This document shows, in pieces, positions 9,356 to 19,452 of a stretch of DNA of 64,000 nucleotides. Source of the stretch: Hyphomicrobiales bacterium (GTDB taxonomy: Bacteria > Pseudomonadota > Alphaproteobacteria > SPJN01). The position numbers and the translations under genes were made by a program. Every line of letters begins with the position of its first letter. Position 1 is the first letter of the stretch. The stretch spans positions 78,635 through 142,634 of the forward strand of contig SPJN01000004.1 in assembly GCA_006844605.1 (NCBI GenBank), given 5' to 3'. The notes under the pieces were generated by a model, which did not search any database, was not told where the DNA came from, and worked only from the letters and a program-made list of their open reading frames with translations.

Positions 9356-11165
9356 TTCGACGGAACCTGCACGCCCCCTTGTTTTAGGGGTTGATCATTC
9401 CCTTGATGATCGTCGTTGGTGCTATCGCGCCAGCGACGAAGGTTTGATACGCGAGCTGTGCCAGCGTCACGGCTTTGATGATGCCTTGGCGCGCATTGTG
9501 GCCGGGCGCGACACCGGCATTGCCGCGCTTGGCCCCGCTGGGCTTGATCCGAAATTACGTGATTTGATGCCTGACCCATCCACATTGGTGGATATGGAGA
9601 AAGCCGCCGCGCGCTTTGTGCAGGCCATTCGCGACAAACAACAAATTGCGGTTTTCGGTGATTACGATGTGGATGGGGCAACCAGCACATCGGTTTTGGT
9701 GCATTTTTGCCGAGATTTGGGACATGAGGCACTGACCCATATTCCTGACCGGATGGCAGAAGGTTATGGGCCCAATATCCCGGCAATGGAAAAACTGAAG
9801 GCAGCAGGCGCTGATCTGGTGATCACGGTTGATTGCGGCACTCTTGCTTACGAGCCGTTGTCAAAGGCGGCTGAACTTGGGATGGATCTGCTGGTGCTTG
9901 ATCATCACATTGCGGAACCTGCCTTGCCCACCTGTCATGCCTTGGTGAACCCCAATCGGCTGGATGACACATCCGGGCAGGGGCATCTGGCTGCGGTCGG
10001 GGTGACATTCCTGTTCTGCGTTGCTGTGCGCCGCGCACTTGAACAAGCGGGATGGTTTGCCGAAACAGGGCATGACACACCTGACCTGATGAAGCTGCTT
10101 GACTTGGTGGCCTTGGGCACTGTTGCTGACGTTGTGCCCCTACAGGGGCTTAATCGCGCCTTTGTGGTGCAGGGGCTGAAGGTTATGGCAGCCCGGCGCA
10201 ATCAGGGCCTTGTTGCCCTGTCTGATGTGGCCCGGCTGGATGAAACGCCAACCCCCTATCATTTGGGGTTTGTTTTCGGTCCCCGCGTCAATGCAGGGGG
10301 TAGGGTGGGCGAAGCGTCGCTTGGTACACAATTGCTGACCGAAACTGACCCCATTAAAGCTGAAGAGATGGCCAAGGCGCTGGACCTTTATAATCGTGAG
10401 CGCAAGACGATTGAGGCACAGGTGCAGGAGCAGGCGATTGACTATGCTGCCCAAACCTATGTGGGCAATCAGGCAGATGCGCCAATTATCATCGCGCAAG
10501 GGGCAGGCTGGCATCCCGGCGTGATCGGCATTGTCGCCAGCCGCCTGAAAGAAGCGTGGCGTCGGCCCAGTTTCGTCTTGGCAGTCGGAGACGATGGCTT
10601 GGCCAAGGGGTCAGGCCGATCTGTGCCGGGGGTCGACCTTGGCTCTGCCGTGACTGCGGCGTCTGAAGCTGGATTGCTGGTGAATGGTGGTGGTCACGCC
10701 ATGGCCGCAGGGCTGACGGTTGCCGTTGATAAAATTCCCGCCATGCAAGAGTTTTTGGAAACACGTCTGGCCCCGCAGGTGCGGGCATTGGGTACAGCCC
10801 ATGAATTGGGTGTTGATGCTGTTTTGTCCGCCGGGGCAGCAAGCCGTGAGTTCTTGGACAAGATTGCGGGCGCCGGTCCATTTGGGCAGGGCAATCCAGA
10901 GCCGCGATTCGTTTTGGCGAATATGCAGATCAGCTTTGCCAAACCTGTCGGGGATGGCAGCCATATCCGTTTCTCAGCCCGGGACAAGGATGGAACCGGC
11001 AAAATCGACGGTATTGCCTTCCGTGTTAGCGAAACCCCGCTGGGCGAGGCGCTTTTGGCCCGGAAAACCGCCCTTCATTTGGCCGGACATTTGCGGATTA
11101 ACCGTTATAACGGCAGGGAATCGGTTCAATTGGTGCTTGAAGACGCCGTGTCTGCGGCCGGGTAA
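9339..11165 (+). CDS. recJ: Single-stranded-DNA exonuclease RecJ
   Basis: GDYDVDG, TVDCG, DHH, GTVADVVPL, PRVNAGGR, GGGHAMAAG and PFGQGNPEP motifs. Confidence 0.97.
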   Translation: MKASSSSTEPARPLVLGVDHSLDDRRWCYRASDEGLIRELCQRHGFDDALARIVAGRDTGIAALGPAGLDPKLRDLMPDPSTLVDMEKAAARFVQAIRDKQQIAVFGDYDVDGATSTSVLVHFCRDLGHEALTHIPDRMAEGYGPNIPAMEKLKAAGADLVITVDCGTLAYEPLSKAAELGMDLLVLDHHIAEPALPTCHALVNPNRLDDTSGQGHLAAVGVTFLFCVAVRRALEQAGWFAETGHDTPDLMKLLDLVALGTVADVVPLQGLNRAFVVQGLKVMAARRNQGLVALSDVARLDETPTPYHLGFVFGPRVNAGGRVGEASLGTQLLTETDPIKAEEMAKALDLYNRERKTIEAQVQEQAIDYAAQTYVGNQADAPIIIAQGAGWHPGVIGIVASRLKEAWRRPSFVLAVGDDGLAKGSGRSVPGVDLGSAVTAASEAGLLVNGGGHAMAAGLTVAVDKIPAMQEFLETRLAPQVRALGTAHELGVDAVLSAGAASREFLDKIAGAGPFGQGNPEPRFVLANMQISFAKPVGDGSHIRFSARDKDGTGKIDGIAFRVSETPLGEALLARKTALHLAGHLRINRYNGRESVQLVLEDAVSAAG

Positions 11166-11277
11166 ACCAAATCCCAATTCGTGCGACAATGCGCACAGGG
11201 TAAAGTGACATCTGGGTGAAATTCCCCTCTTGAACAGGCCAAGAATCCGTATATAAATCCACTCCACTAGCCGATGC

Positions 11278-11352
11278 GGTCCCTTCGTCTATCGGTTAGG
11301 ACGCCAGGTTTTCAACCTGGAAAGAGGGGTTCGATTCCCCTAGGGACTACCA
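11278..11352 (+). tRNA. tRNA-Glu (TTC)
   Basis: Acceptor stem GGTCCCT/AGGGACT, anticodon arm CCAGG-TT TTC AA-CCTGG, T-loop GTTCGATT, encoded CCA. Confidence 0.97.
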
Positions 11353-11355
11353 ATT

Positions 11356-11395
11356 AAACACCCCGTGCGCCGCCCGCGCCGGGGTGTTTTCTTTT
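11356..11395 (+). terminator. Intrinsic terminator after tRNA-Glu, possibly bidirectional
   Basis: AAACACCCCG...CGGGGTGTTT hairpin followed by TCTTTT, between convergent genes. Confidence 0.75.
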
Positions 11396-11422
11396 GTGTG
11401 GTGTAGTTGATGGTTGGCGCGT

Positions 11423-12157
11423 TTATGCCCAACCGCCGGCATAGGGCAGCACATGACCGGTAATGAAGTCTGATTCAGGCCCTGCCAAAAAGGCGACAAC
11501 CTCGCCGGCCTCTTCAGGTTTGGACAGGCGGCGCAGAGGAATGCGGCTTGTAATCCGTTCATAGACTTTCGGGTCGTTCAAAAGATCGTCCGGGAAGTAG
11601 GTGGGGCTTTCCACGAAATTGGCTGCCATCGCATTAACGGTGATATTGTGCTTGCCCAATTCCAGCGCCATCGTGCGCGTCATCGCGTTTGTTGCCCCCC
11701 GTGCGGTGGCATAGACGCTGTAATTGGGAATGCCCTGCAAGGGCGCAGCGGATGATAACAGCACAATTTTGCCATAGCCGCGTTCTTTTAGATGGGGCAC
11801 AGCGGCATTGATCATGGCGAAGGGGCGCACGGTCAACCGTTCCAACGCCTCGGTCAGGATTTTTGGACTGGTCTCGCCCAGCGGGCTGGGGTCGGCAGGG
11901 TGTGAATCATTGCAGATCAGGCAGGTCAAATGCCCGGCACGGTCAACAACAGCGTCGATCAATTCCTGTGGTTGGGCGGGGGCAAGGGCAACTGCGCCTG
12001 CAACCTCATCTTCAAACGCGGCGCGGGCTGCGTCATCAGTGAAGCTGTCATCAACGGCGAAAACTTGCCACCCGCGCGACAGGAGCGAGCAGCTACCCGG
12101 TTTACCGATAAAGTGAACGGCATCTGTTATCAGCGCGACGGATTGTGTGTCAGTCAT
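11423..12157 (-). CDS. Halohydrin dehalogenase (SDR fold, HheA-like)
   Basis: T-x4-F-x-G (T11-DAVH-F-I-G) in place of TGxxxGxG; S136-x12-Y149-x3-R153 in place of YxxxK; NFVESPTYFP loop. Confidence 0.85.
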   Translation of the reverse strand: MTDTQSVALITDAVHFIGKPGSCSLLSRGWQVFAVDDSFTDDAARAAFEDEVAGAVALAPAQPQELIDAVVDRAGHLTCLICNDSHPADPSPLGETSPKILTEALERLTVRPFAMINAAVPHLKERGYGKIVLLSSAAPLQGIPNYSVYATARGATNAMTRTMALELGKHNITVNAMAANFVESPTYFPDDLLNDPKVYERITSRIPLRRLSKPEEAGEVVAFLAGPESDFITGHVLPYAGGWA

Positions 12158-12603
12158 GATGAATTCCCTGTTTTGGCTTGTGCGTCTTTGACGGCCTGTG
12201 TCAGTGCTTCAAACGGCATCAGCACGCAGGCGTGCCGTGCGGTGTGATCGGTCACTGCCGCGAATATGCCAAACCCCTTGGCCTGTGTGGGCAGTGTGCC
12301 GCTGCCCTGTTCAAGGACCTGTGTGACGGCCTGATGCGTTTCAGTGATCAGGGTGGCTGTCGCCCCCTCAAGCGTGCTGCCGATCAGACCCGCACTGGCC
12401 TGACACAGCACACATGCCTCAGTTTCATGGGTATAGGCGCTGAGTGTGTTGTCGGGCGCAAGTGTGATGTCGATTGTGATCTTGTCACCGCACAGGGGAT
12501 TATTCACCGTGGCACTGCCGTCGGGCCGGGGTAGGCGGCCTGCGTGGCTGGCGTCTGCGGCAGCGCGCAGCAAGTCCCTTTGATAAAGGTCCAGTGAAGA
12601 CAT
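12154..12603 (-). CDS. sufU: SufU/IscU-like Fe-S scaffold or sulfur-transfer protein
   Basis: NNPLCGD, ACVLCQAS and RHACVLMP motifs; start overlaps the sufS stop. Confidence 0.8.
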   Translation of the reverse strand: MSSLDLYQRDLLRAAADASHAGRLPRPDGSATVNNPLCGDKITIDITLAPDNTLSAYTHETEACVLCQASAGLIGSTLEGATATLITETHQAVTQVLEQGSGTLPTQAKGFGIFAAVTDHTARHACVLMPFEALTQAVKDAQAKTGNSS

Positions 12604-13859
12604 TAGGTTCCCTTTAACAGGTTAATGGCATCTTTGATGGCATTGATAGCGGCGTCCATATCATCGGGCGTGTTGTATCCGGCGATGGAGGCGCGGGTGG
12701 AGGCCAACAGGCCGAAATGCCCCATCAATGGCTGGGCGCAGTGGTGCCCGCCGCGCATGGCAACGCCACTGCGGTCCGCCAATTGGCAAATGTCATGCGG
12801 GTGGCATCCGGTAATGGCAAAGCTGACAAGGGGTGCCCGGTCGCGGCTGAAGTCGGCACCGCCCAATATAGTGGTGTCGAGCGGTGGCTGCGCGGCCAGT
12901 GTTGCGGCCAGTGTTGCGGCAAGCGTGACTTCGTGGGCGCGAATGGCCCGATGGTCCAACCCGGTCAGAAACCCAACCGCCGCGCCAAAACCAATTGCCT
13001 GTGTGATGGGGGGTGTGCCTGCCTCAAACCTAGTGGGGGGCTGTGCAAAACCGGTACCATCAAAACTGACATTTGTGATCATCTCGCCACCACCCAGCAG
13101 CGGCGGCATATTTTCCATCAAATCACTACGGCCCCAAAACATGCCAACCCCTGTGGGGCCGAACATTTTGTGGGCGGAGCATGCATAGAAATCTATCGGC
13201 AGGTCCGGCAGGGCTGTTTCAAACAGCGGCCAGTGACAGGCTGACTGCGCCCCATCAACAATGATGGCGGCGTTGGGTGCCTTGGCCCGGATCATGCTGC
13301 CGATTTTGTTCAGGTCTACTTCCCAGCCCGTGACATTGGAAATATGGCTTAACGCCACAATGCGCACCTTGTCCGTCAGTTGGGCGGCAAGGGCATCTTC
13401 GTCAATTTGCCCCAAGGGGGTCAGGGCAATGGGCGTGATGGTGGCACCCTTGGCAGCGGCATGGATTTGCCACGAAACAATGTTGGCGTGGTGATTATCT
13501 GCCGCCACCAGCACCTCATCCCCCGTTTGCAGGCCATCAGACAGGCCATAGGCAATGATATTCAGCGCCTGGGTTGTGCCACTTGTCAGAACAATCTCAG
13601 CCCGTGGGGTGCCGAAATAGGCGGCAAGGGTATCTCTTGCCGCTTCAAAGGCCTGTGTGGCCTGTTCGGCCCAATAATGAACTGACCGATGGACATTGGC
13701 CCTTAGGCGTGTGTCATGGTCCGCCATTGCAGCAATGACGGGGGCAGCAACCAGCGTGCTGGCACCGCTGTCCAGATAATGAAAGTCCCGACCCTCGTCA
13801 CGCATGGCGGCGAAGGCGGGGAAGTGGTTACGAAAGGCAAGCGGATCGAATGATGTCAT
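12603..13859 (-). CDS. sufS: Group II cysteine desulfurase (SufS/CsdA type)
   Basis: YLDSGAST, ANVHR, HHANIVSW, SAHKMFGPTGVG, RFEAGTP and catalytic RGGHHCAQP motifs. Confidence 0.88.
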   Translation of the reverse strand: MTSFDPLAFRNHFPAFAAMRDEGRDFHYLDSGASTLVAAPVIAAMADHDTRLRANVHRSVHYWAEQATQAFEAARDTLAAYFGTPRAEIVLTSGTTQALNIIAYGLSDGLQTGDEVLVAADNHHANIVSWQIHAAAKGATITPIALTPLGQIDEDALAAQLTDKVRIVALSHISNVTGWEVDLNKIGSMIRAKAPNAAIIVDGAQSACHWPLFETALPDLPIDFYACSAHKMFGPTGVGMFWGRSDLMENMPPLLGGGEMITNVSFDGTGFAQPPTRFEAGTPPITQAIGFGAAVGFLTGLDHRAIRAHEVTLAATLAATLAAQPPLDTTILGGADFSRDRAPLVSFAITGCHPHDICQLADRSGVAMRGGHHCAQPLMGHFGLLASTRASIAGYNTPDDMDAAINAIKDAINLLKGT

Positions 13860-13898
13860 CCCGATGCTGCTGGCTGCTCCTCTATCAAAGACTTTGGT

Positions 13899-15614
13899 TT
13901 AGAGATAGAGCAGCAATATAACAGCAAGTCCAATCATTACCCATAGCACCATATTCCCAACGGCAATGGATCGACCCATCGTGCCGGATGGTCCGTGATG
14001 GCGCGCCGCCAGTGCGCGGATATTGTCGACCCATTCGCGGATTAGGCCCCATATGCCGCCCGACAGATGTGTCACGGCCTTGCCCATTTCTTTCAGCATG
14101 GATGGTGCTAAGCGCCGATACAGCCAATCAGTATCAAGATTGACTGACGGAATTTCCGGCGGATAAAGCCCGGTACGCACCAACACCACAAAGGCCAGCA
14201 CAGCAAACATCAGCAGCTGCATCTGGGTGATGATATGGCCGGGTGTATAGGGCTCATAATCCATGGCATGGGGCAGGATGGCGTACAAATATTCGGGCCA
14301 TACACCGATGCCGATACAAAGCGCGGCGGCGATACCCATGGCGGCCAACATGTTCCACGGCGCTTCCTTGGGGCGTTTGCCGCTGTCATGGGCGAAGAAG
14401 CTGAAATAGGGGATCTTGATGCCCGAATGTTCCAGCACACCGGCGCTGGCGAATAACAGCACCGTCCAGGCAAGCCACATATGTTCTTGCGCGAGGGCTG
14501 CCAAGATCAGTGACTTTGAAATAAAGCCTGAGAAAAACGGGAAGGCCGAAATCGACATGGCACCGATGATGGTGAAAACGGTCGTCCACGGCATTGATTT
14601 ATATAACCCGCCCAACTCCGTCGCCTTGGTTGTGCCGACACGGTGCAACACCGCGCCCATCCCCATAAACAGCAATGCCTTATAAAGGATATGGCTGAAT
14701 GCGTGAGCCGCCGTGCCGTTCAGGGCAAGGGCGGAACCGACGCCAACACCCACGACCATAAAGCCCAGCTGGTTATTCAGTGAATATGCCAGCACCCTGC
14801 GCAGATCATTTTCAATCACAGCGAAAAAGACCGGGAAGGCGGTCATCGTTGCGCCGATGGGGATCAAAATATCCAAACCCGCATAACCGCGCGCTAATGA
14901 ATAAACCGCCAGCTTTGTTGTGAAGGCTGACAATATGACTGTGCCCGTCGGTGTGGCCTGTGGATAGGCGTCCTGCAACCAATTGTGCAGGAAGGGGAAG
15001 GCACATTTGATGCCAAAGGCAAAGAAAATCAAGAACGTCCCGGCGGTAAAGTCCGCCATGGTTGTGACGCCGAAATGATCAAACGCAATGCTGCCGGTTT
15101 CTGCTTTATGCATGACAAGTCCGGCCAGCAACAACACGCCGGAGCCGACTTGCACAATCAAATAACGAATGCCGGTTTTGTAAGCGATGTCAGTGCCGCG
15201 CGCCCAAATCAGGAAGACGGAGGCAATCGCCGTCAGTTCCCAAAAAATGAACAGCGTCATCAGATCGCCCGCAAACACCGCACCAACGCCTGCGCCCGCA
15301 TAGATCAGGGCGGCAACGTGCTGCATCGTGTCGGACGCAGTGTCCTTCAAGTGCAGGGCATAAAGAATGCCAAGGAAGGCGGCGATGTGAAAGATCAGCC
15401 CGAAAACAAAGCTGAGCTGATCGAGGCGATAGGTTTCAAGCACCATCCCCATCATCTCATAGTCACCATAGGTGCCGTGGGGCGTGTTCAACAGGTGCAT
15501 AACACCGAACACAGGCAGCAACAGCATATAGATTTTGCGTACAGGGCCACGCAATAGGGGTACCAACACGGCCCCCAAAATCAGGATCAGGCCGGGGTTA
15601 AGCTCACTCAGCAT
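13899..15614 (-). CDS. Mrp/Mnh Na+/H+ antiporter MrpD/MrpA-like membrane subunit
   Basis: Polytopic; FIFWE, KCAFPFLHNWLQDAY, RRVLAYS and HILYKALLF motifs of the NuoL/M/N-MrpD family. Confidence 0.88.
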   Translation of the reverse strand: MLSELNPGLILILGAVLVPLLRGPVRKIYMLLLPVFGVMHLLNTPHGTYGDYEMMGMVLETYRLDQLSFVFGLIFHIAAFLGILYALHLKDTASDTMQHVAALIYAGAGVGAVFAGDLMTLFIFWELTAIASVFLIWARGTDIAYKTGIRYLIVQVGSGVLLLAGLVMHKAETGSIAFDHFGVTTMADFTAGTFLIFFAFGIKCAFPFLHNWLQDAYPQATPTGTVILSAFTTKLAVYSLARGYAGLDILIPIGATMTAFPVFFAVIENDLRRVLAYSLNNQLGFMVVGVGVGSALALNGTAAHAFSHILYKALLFMGMGAVLHRVGTTKATELGGLYKSMPWTTVFTIIGAMSISAFPFFSGFISKSLILAALAQEHMWLAWTVLLFASAGVLEHSGIKIPYFSFFAHDSGKRPKEAPWNMLAAMGIAAALCIGIGVWPEYLYAILPHAMDYEPYTPGHIITQMQLLMFAVLAFVVLVRTGLYPPEIPSVNLDTDWLYRRLAPSMLKEMGKAVTHLSGGIWGLIREWVDNIRALAARHHGPSGTMGRSIAVGNMVLWVMIGLAVILLLYL

Positions 15615-15900
15615 CTTGGGCCTCCTCCTGATCGTCGTAATAGTCTTCAGGGCGCATGATCAGCTTGCGCAATTGCGCACCTGCCAGGACCACAAAGAAA
15701 AAGGCGGCAAAGCCGAACAGACCGTAAAAGGCCGGTATTTCTTCAGCCGAAAAATGCGGATGCTTGTGATAAAAGAAATCCGCAGCACCAAAGCCAACGC
15801 AGATCAGCACGGTCAGCAGGATCAGCAGGCGGTGATTTTCCACTCGCTCAAACCAGCCAAGCTCTTGATCGTCTTGAGTATGATTGTGATTGTCAGACAT
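15604..15900 (-). CDS. Small two-TM membrane protein within the Mrp operon
   Basis: Two hydrophobic segments, FYGLFGF and MRPEDYY; overlaps the next gene. Confidence 0.75.
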   Translation of the reverse strand: MSDNHNHTQDDQELGWFERVENHRLLILLTVLICVGFGAADFFYHKHPHFSAEEIPAFYGLFGFAAFFFVVLAGAQLRKLIMRPEDYYDDQEEAQDAE

Positions 15901-15911
15901 CAGTGGTGCCT

Positions 15912-17396
15912 CTAATTCAAAATCGGGGCTATCAGGCCTTCAACCGCGTCAACGGCGAAGAACATGACAAAACACAGGAACGCGGTGAAGCATAGCGGTG
16001 CCAACACCATAAATGGTGCCTCTTTCACGCCATCCCAGCTAAACGGGGCAGGGGTGTCTTCACCATCGGGTTTCAGGAAGAAGCCGCGCACAGTAATCGG
16101 CAGCAGATAGGCGATATTCAATAATGATGAGATGATCAGCACCGCAATCAACAGCGGTTGCCCCGCATCAACGGCACCTTCCATCAAAACGAATTTGGGC
16201 CATGCCCCGCCGAACGGTGGCAGGCCGATAATTGACAGCGCGCCGATAGTATAGGCGATAAAGCTTAGGGGCATTTTGCGTCCCAAGCCATTCAACTGTG
16301 AAACTTCGGTCTTGTGATGGGCGACATAAATCGCGCCCGCGAAATAGAACAGGGTGATTTTGCCAACCGCATGCATGGCGATTTGCAACGATCCACCCAT
16401 AAATCCCGCAGCAGTTGCCAATGATAGACCAAACACGACATAGGCCAGTTGACTGATGGTTGAATAGGCCAACCGCGCTTTCAAATTGTCTTTGGTCAGC
16501 GCAATAATCGATGCCGTCACCAGTGTGAAGGCAGAAACCGCCTGCAACCAGAAAGTCAGGTCAGCGTCTGCCAGATAATCAATGCCGAAAATATAAATGC
16601 CGATTTTCAACACGCTGAACACGCCGGCTTTCACAACCGCAACGGCGTGCAAAACTGATGAAACAGGGGTCGGTGCCACCATTGCTGAGGGTAGCCATTT
16701 ATGGAATGGCATCAGCGCAGCCTTGCCGATGCCGAACATAAACAGGGCCAACAGGATTGTTGCTGTCGTGGGGCTGACATGATCTGCCAAGATGCCACCG
16801 GCGGTAAAGTCGGTGGTGCCGGTCAACATATAGGTCGCGATAATGGCGGGTAGCAACAACCCGATAGAGGTTGTCAGCAACACACCCAAATAGATGCGCG
16901 CACCCTTTTTGGCTTCCTCTGTTTCGCGATGGGCAACCAGTGGATAGGTGGACAGGGTCAACACTTCATAAAAGATAAACAGTGTGAACAGATTGCCTGC
17001 ATAGGCCATGCCCAGTGCGGCACCGATTGAAATCGGGAAGCACATGAAAAAGCGGGTGTGATTAACCTCGCCGGTATTGCGCATATAGCCGATGGCATAG
17101 ATTGAATTTACAATCCATAGCCCGCTGGCAATCGTTGCAAACAACATACCCAGCGGTTCGATCACGAATTTCAGCGGCATTCCCGGCAGAACTTCAAAGA
17201 AGCTGACCTCAGGGCGGGCACCAGCTGCCACCTGCGGCAATAGCCACAATGTAACGGCAAACAGGCTGATGGCTGTCAGCAGGGTGACAGTCTCGCGCTG
17301 GTTGGGACGATCACCGGACATGCCGATCAGGATTGTACCGACCACAGGAATGATCAGCGACAGGGCAATGGCTAAATCAAAACTCATACTAATCAT
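15912..17396 (-). CDS. mrpD: Mrp/Mnh antiporter subunit D family protein
   Basis: FIFYEVL, KAALMPFHKWLPSAMVAPTPVS, KARLAYST and GLPPFGG motifs. Confidence 0.88.
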   Translation of the reverse strand: MISMSFDLAIALSLIIPVVGTILIGMSGDRPNQRETVTLLTAISLFAVTLWLLPQVAAGARPEVSFFEVLPGMPLKFVIEPLGMLFATIASGLWIVNSIYAIGYMRNTGEVNHTRFFMCFPISIGAALGMAYAGNLFTLFIFYEVLTLSTYPLVAHRETEEAKKGARIYLGVLLTTSIGLLLPAIIATYMLTGTTDFTAGGILADHVSPTTATILLALFMFGIGKAALMPFHKWLPSAMVAPTPVSSVLHAVAVVKAGVFSVLKIGIYIFGIDYLADADLTFWLQAVSAFTLVTASIIALTKDNLKARLAYSTISQLAYVVFGLSLATAAGFMGGSLQIAMHAVGKITLFYFAGAIYVAHHKTEVSQLNGLGRKMPLSFIAYTIGALSIIGLPPFGGAWPKFVLMEGAVDAGQPLLIAVLIISSLLNIAYLLPITVRGFFLKPDGEDTPAPFSWDGVKEAPFMVLAPLCFTAFLCFVMFFAVDAVEGLIAPILN

Positions 17397-19009
17397 CAGT
17401 TGGCCCCTCCCGTCAGACCCAGCAAGCCACGGGCTGCTGTTTCCGCAAGATTGACAGTTGTCGTGGCGTTAAGGCCAAACCAGAAATTGGCCAGCACCAG
17501 CGCCCATGTGGGTATCAGAAGCAATAGCGGGGCTTCGCCCTTTTGCACGCCTTCAGGGGCGGGTCTTAAATAGGCCACCTCAAACACGCGCCACATATAA
17601 ACGGCCGCCATCAGGGATGTGATCAACAAGATTGCGATCAGCCAATACCACTCACGCTCAAACGCCGCGTTCAACAAATACCATTTTGATATAAAGCCGA
17701 CAGTTGTGGGCACGCCAACAAGGCTTAACCCCCCGCCAACAAAGGCCGCCATTGTCCACGGCATGAGCTTGCCTGCGCCGCGCATTTTATCCAGCGTAAC
17801 GCCGCCAAGTTTCCACATCACAGCACCAAGGGCAAAGAACAAGGCCCCCTTCATCAGCGCGTGATTGAACATGTGCAGCATGGTGGCGGTCAGGCCGGTC
17901 AGGCTCATCAGTCCAAGACCGACAAGCATATAGCCGATTTGCGCGACAGAGCTGAAGGCCAGAATGCGTTTGGCATTCACCTGCCAAATCGCGACCAGTG
18001 ATCCGGCAATGATGCCGATCAGGCCAAGGGGCAGCAGCACCTTGCCGAACAATTGTGCCTCGACCGCGAAATCAGCCCCAAACACGGTGAAGATAAAGCG
18101 GATCAGCGCATAGACGGCAACCTTGGTCGCGGTCGCGGCCAGGAAGCCCGTCACAACGCTTGGCGCATAGGTGTAGGCATTGGGCAGCCAGAAATGCAGC
18201 GGGAACATCGCCAGTTTGGTCGCCAAACCGATCGTGATGAAGCCGAAGGCGACCCACAATGTGCCGGAGCCCATCAGGTCAGGCAGGCGCTGGGCCAAAT
18301 CAGCCATATTCAACGTGCCGGTCATCATATAGGCAAGGCCCAGACCAATGACATAGAAGGTCGCGCCGACCGTACCCAAAATCAGGTAATTATAGGCGGC
18401 ATTCAGCGCGCGGCGATCTTGCTTGGCACCCATTGCCACCAAGGCATAGGTGGAGAGGGAGGAAATTTCGAGGAAGACAAACAGGTTAAATGCGTCGCCC
18501 GTAATCGTCACACCCAATAGACCAGAGAAGCACAACAGGAACGCCGTATAGAATAGCGGCTGTTCGGTCATGCCCAGCTCTTTGTCGACACTTGGGCGCG
18601 CATAAATGGCGGCACATGTCCCAATCGCCGCGACGATCAGTAGAACAAGGGCGTTTGCAGCATCAACCCGCAGCTCAATCCCCAATGGTGGGGCCCAATT
18701 GCCAAGGGCATAGCTGATGACGCTGCCATCCAGCACTTGGGTTGTCAGAACCACAGCGATCAAAAGCGATACACTCGTCCCGACCATAGCCAGCAACCAG
18801 CTTAAGTTCCGGTTGTTCAACAAGGTGATCAGCGGTGCCAATGTTAAGGGCACCAAAACCTGCAGGGCAGGCAGATTGTTGCGGATGATGTCCAGCAGGC
18901 CGGGCGCTTCGTGATGTGTCGCGCCATGTGTTCCTACATGTGTTCCGGCAGCAGCGGTCACTATATGGCCCGCCTCTGCGGCGGCCAAAATAATCTCAGG
19001 AGATGCCAT
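17396..19009 (-). CDS. mrpD: Mrp/Mnh antiporter subunit D family protein
   Basis: GNWAPPLGIELRVD, DAFNLFVFLEI, KLAMFPLHFWLPNAY, KRILAFSS and GFISKW motifs. Confidence 0.9.
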   Translation of the reverse strand: MASPEIILAAAEAGHIVTAAAGTHVGTHGATHHEAPGLLDIIRNNLPALQVLVPLTLAPLITLLNNRNLSWLLAMVGTSVSLLIAVVLTTQVLDGSVISYALGNWAPPLGIELRVDAANALVLLIVAAIGTCAAIYARPSVDKELGMTEQPLFYTAFLLCFSGLLGVTITGDAFNLFVFLEISSLSTYALVAMGAKQDRRALNAAYNYLILGTVGATFYVIGLGLAYMMTGTLNMADLAQRLPDLMGSGTLWVAFGFITIGLATKLAMFPLHFWLPNAYTYAPSVVTGFLAATATKVAVYALIRFIFTVFGADFAVEAQLFGKVLLPLGLIGIIAGSLVAIWQVNAKRILAFSSVAQIGYMLVGLGLMSLTGLTATMLHMFNHALMKGALFFALGAVMWKLGGVTLDKMRGAGKLMPWTMAAFVGGGLSLVGVPTTVGFISKWYLLNAAFEREWYWLIAILLITSLMAAVYMWRVFEVAYLRPAPEGVQKGEAPLLLLIPTWALVLANFWFGLNATTTVNLAETAARGLLGLTGGAN

Positions 19010-19452
19010 CAGTGTGCCCCTCCGCGATTATCATCTGCGCCAAGGATGTCGGCGGCAAGCTGTGCTTCTTCTGCTTCGGTCTTGTTATCGGCTTCTTCAA
19101 GCTCATCTTCTTCAATCGTGCCATAGACGGCCTTGATGCGCAGGACCAATGCCAGCGCCAATGCCGTGGTTGCGATGCCGACCACAATGGCGGTCAGGAT
19201 CAACACATGGGGAAGGGGGTTTGAGAACGGGCGGGTCAGCCCTTCTTCCAAGATCGGCGCTGTGCCGCCATCAACCTTGCCCAACGAGATGTAGAGCATG
19301 AAGACAGAAGTTTGGAAGATGTTCAGGCCAACAATCTTTTTAATCAGATTGCCGCGTGCAATCACGGCATAAAGCCCGACCATCATCAGCACGATGATGA
19401 TCCAGTAATTGTAATGGCCCCAATTCAGGTTTGATAACAGGTCGGAGATCAT
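19009..19452 (-). CDS. mrpC: Mrp/Mnh antiporter subunit C
   Basis: NLIKKIVGL and NPLPHVLILTAIVV motifs. Confidence 0.92.
   Translation of the reverse strand: MISDLLSNLNWGHYNYWIIIVLMMVGLYAVIARGNLIKKIVGLNIFQTSVFMLYISLGKVDGGTAPILEEGLTRPFSNPLPHVLILTAIVVGIATTALALALVLRIKAVYGTIEEDELEEADNKTEAEEAQLAADILGADDNRGGAH

Noticed and set aside
11278-11420. Integration site at tRNA-Glu
   Set aside because: Followed directly by a terminator and a convergent gene; no att repeat or integrase seen.
12890-12921. Short tandem repeat (GCGGCCAGTGTT) inside sufS
   Set aside because: In-frame and encodes TLAA repeats of a helix; no sign of phase variation.
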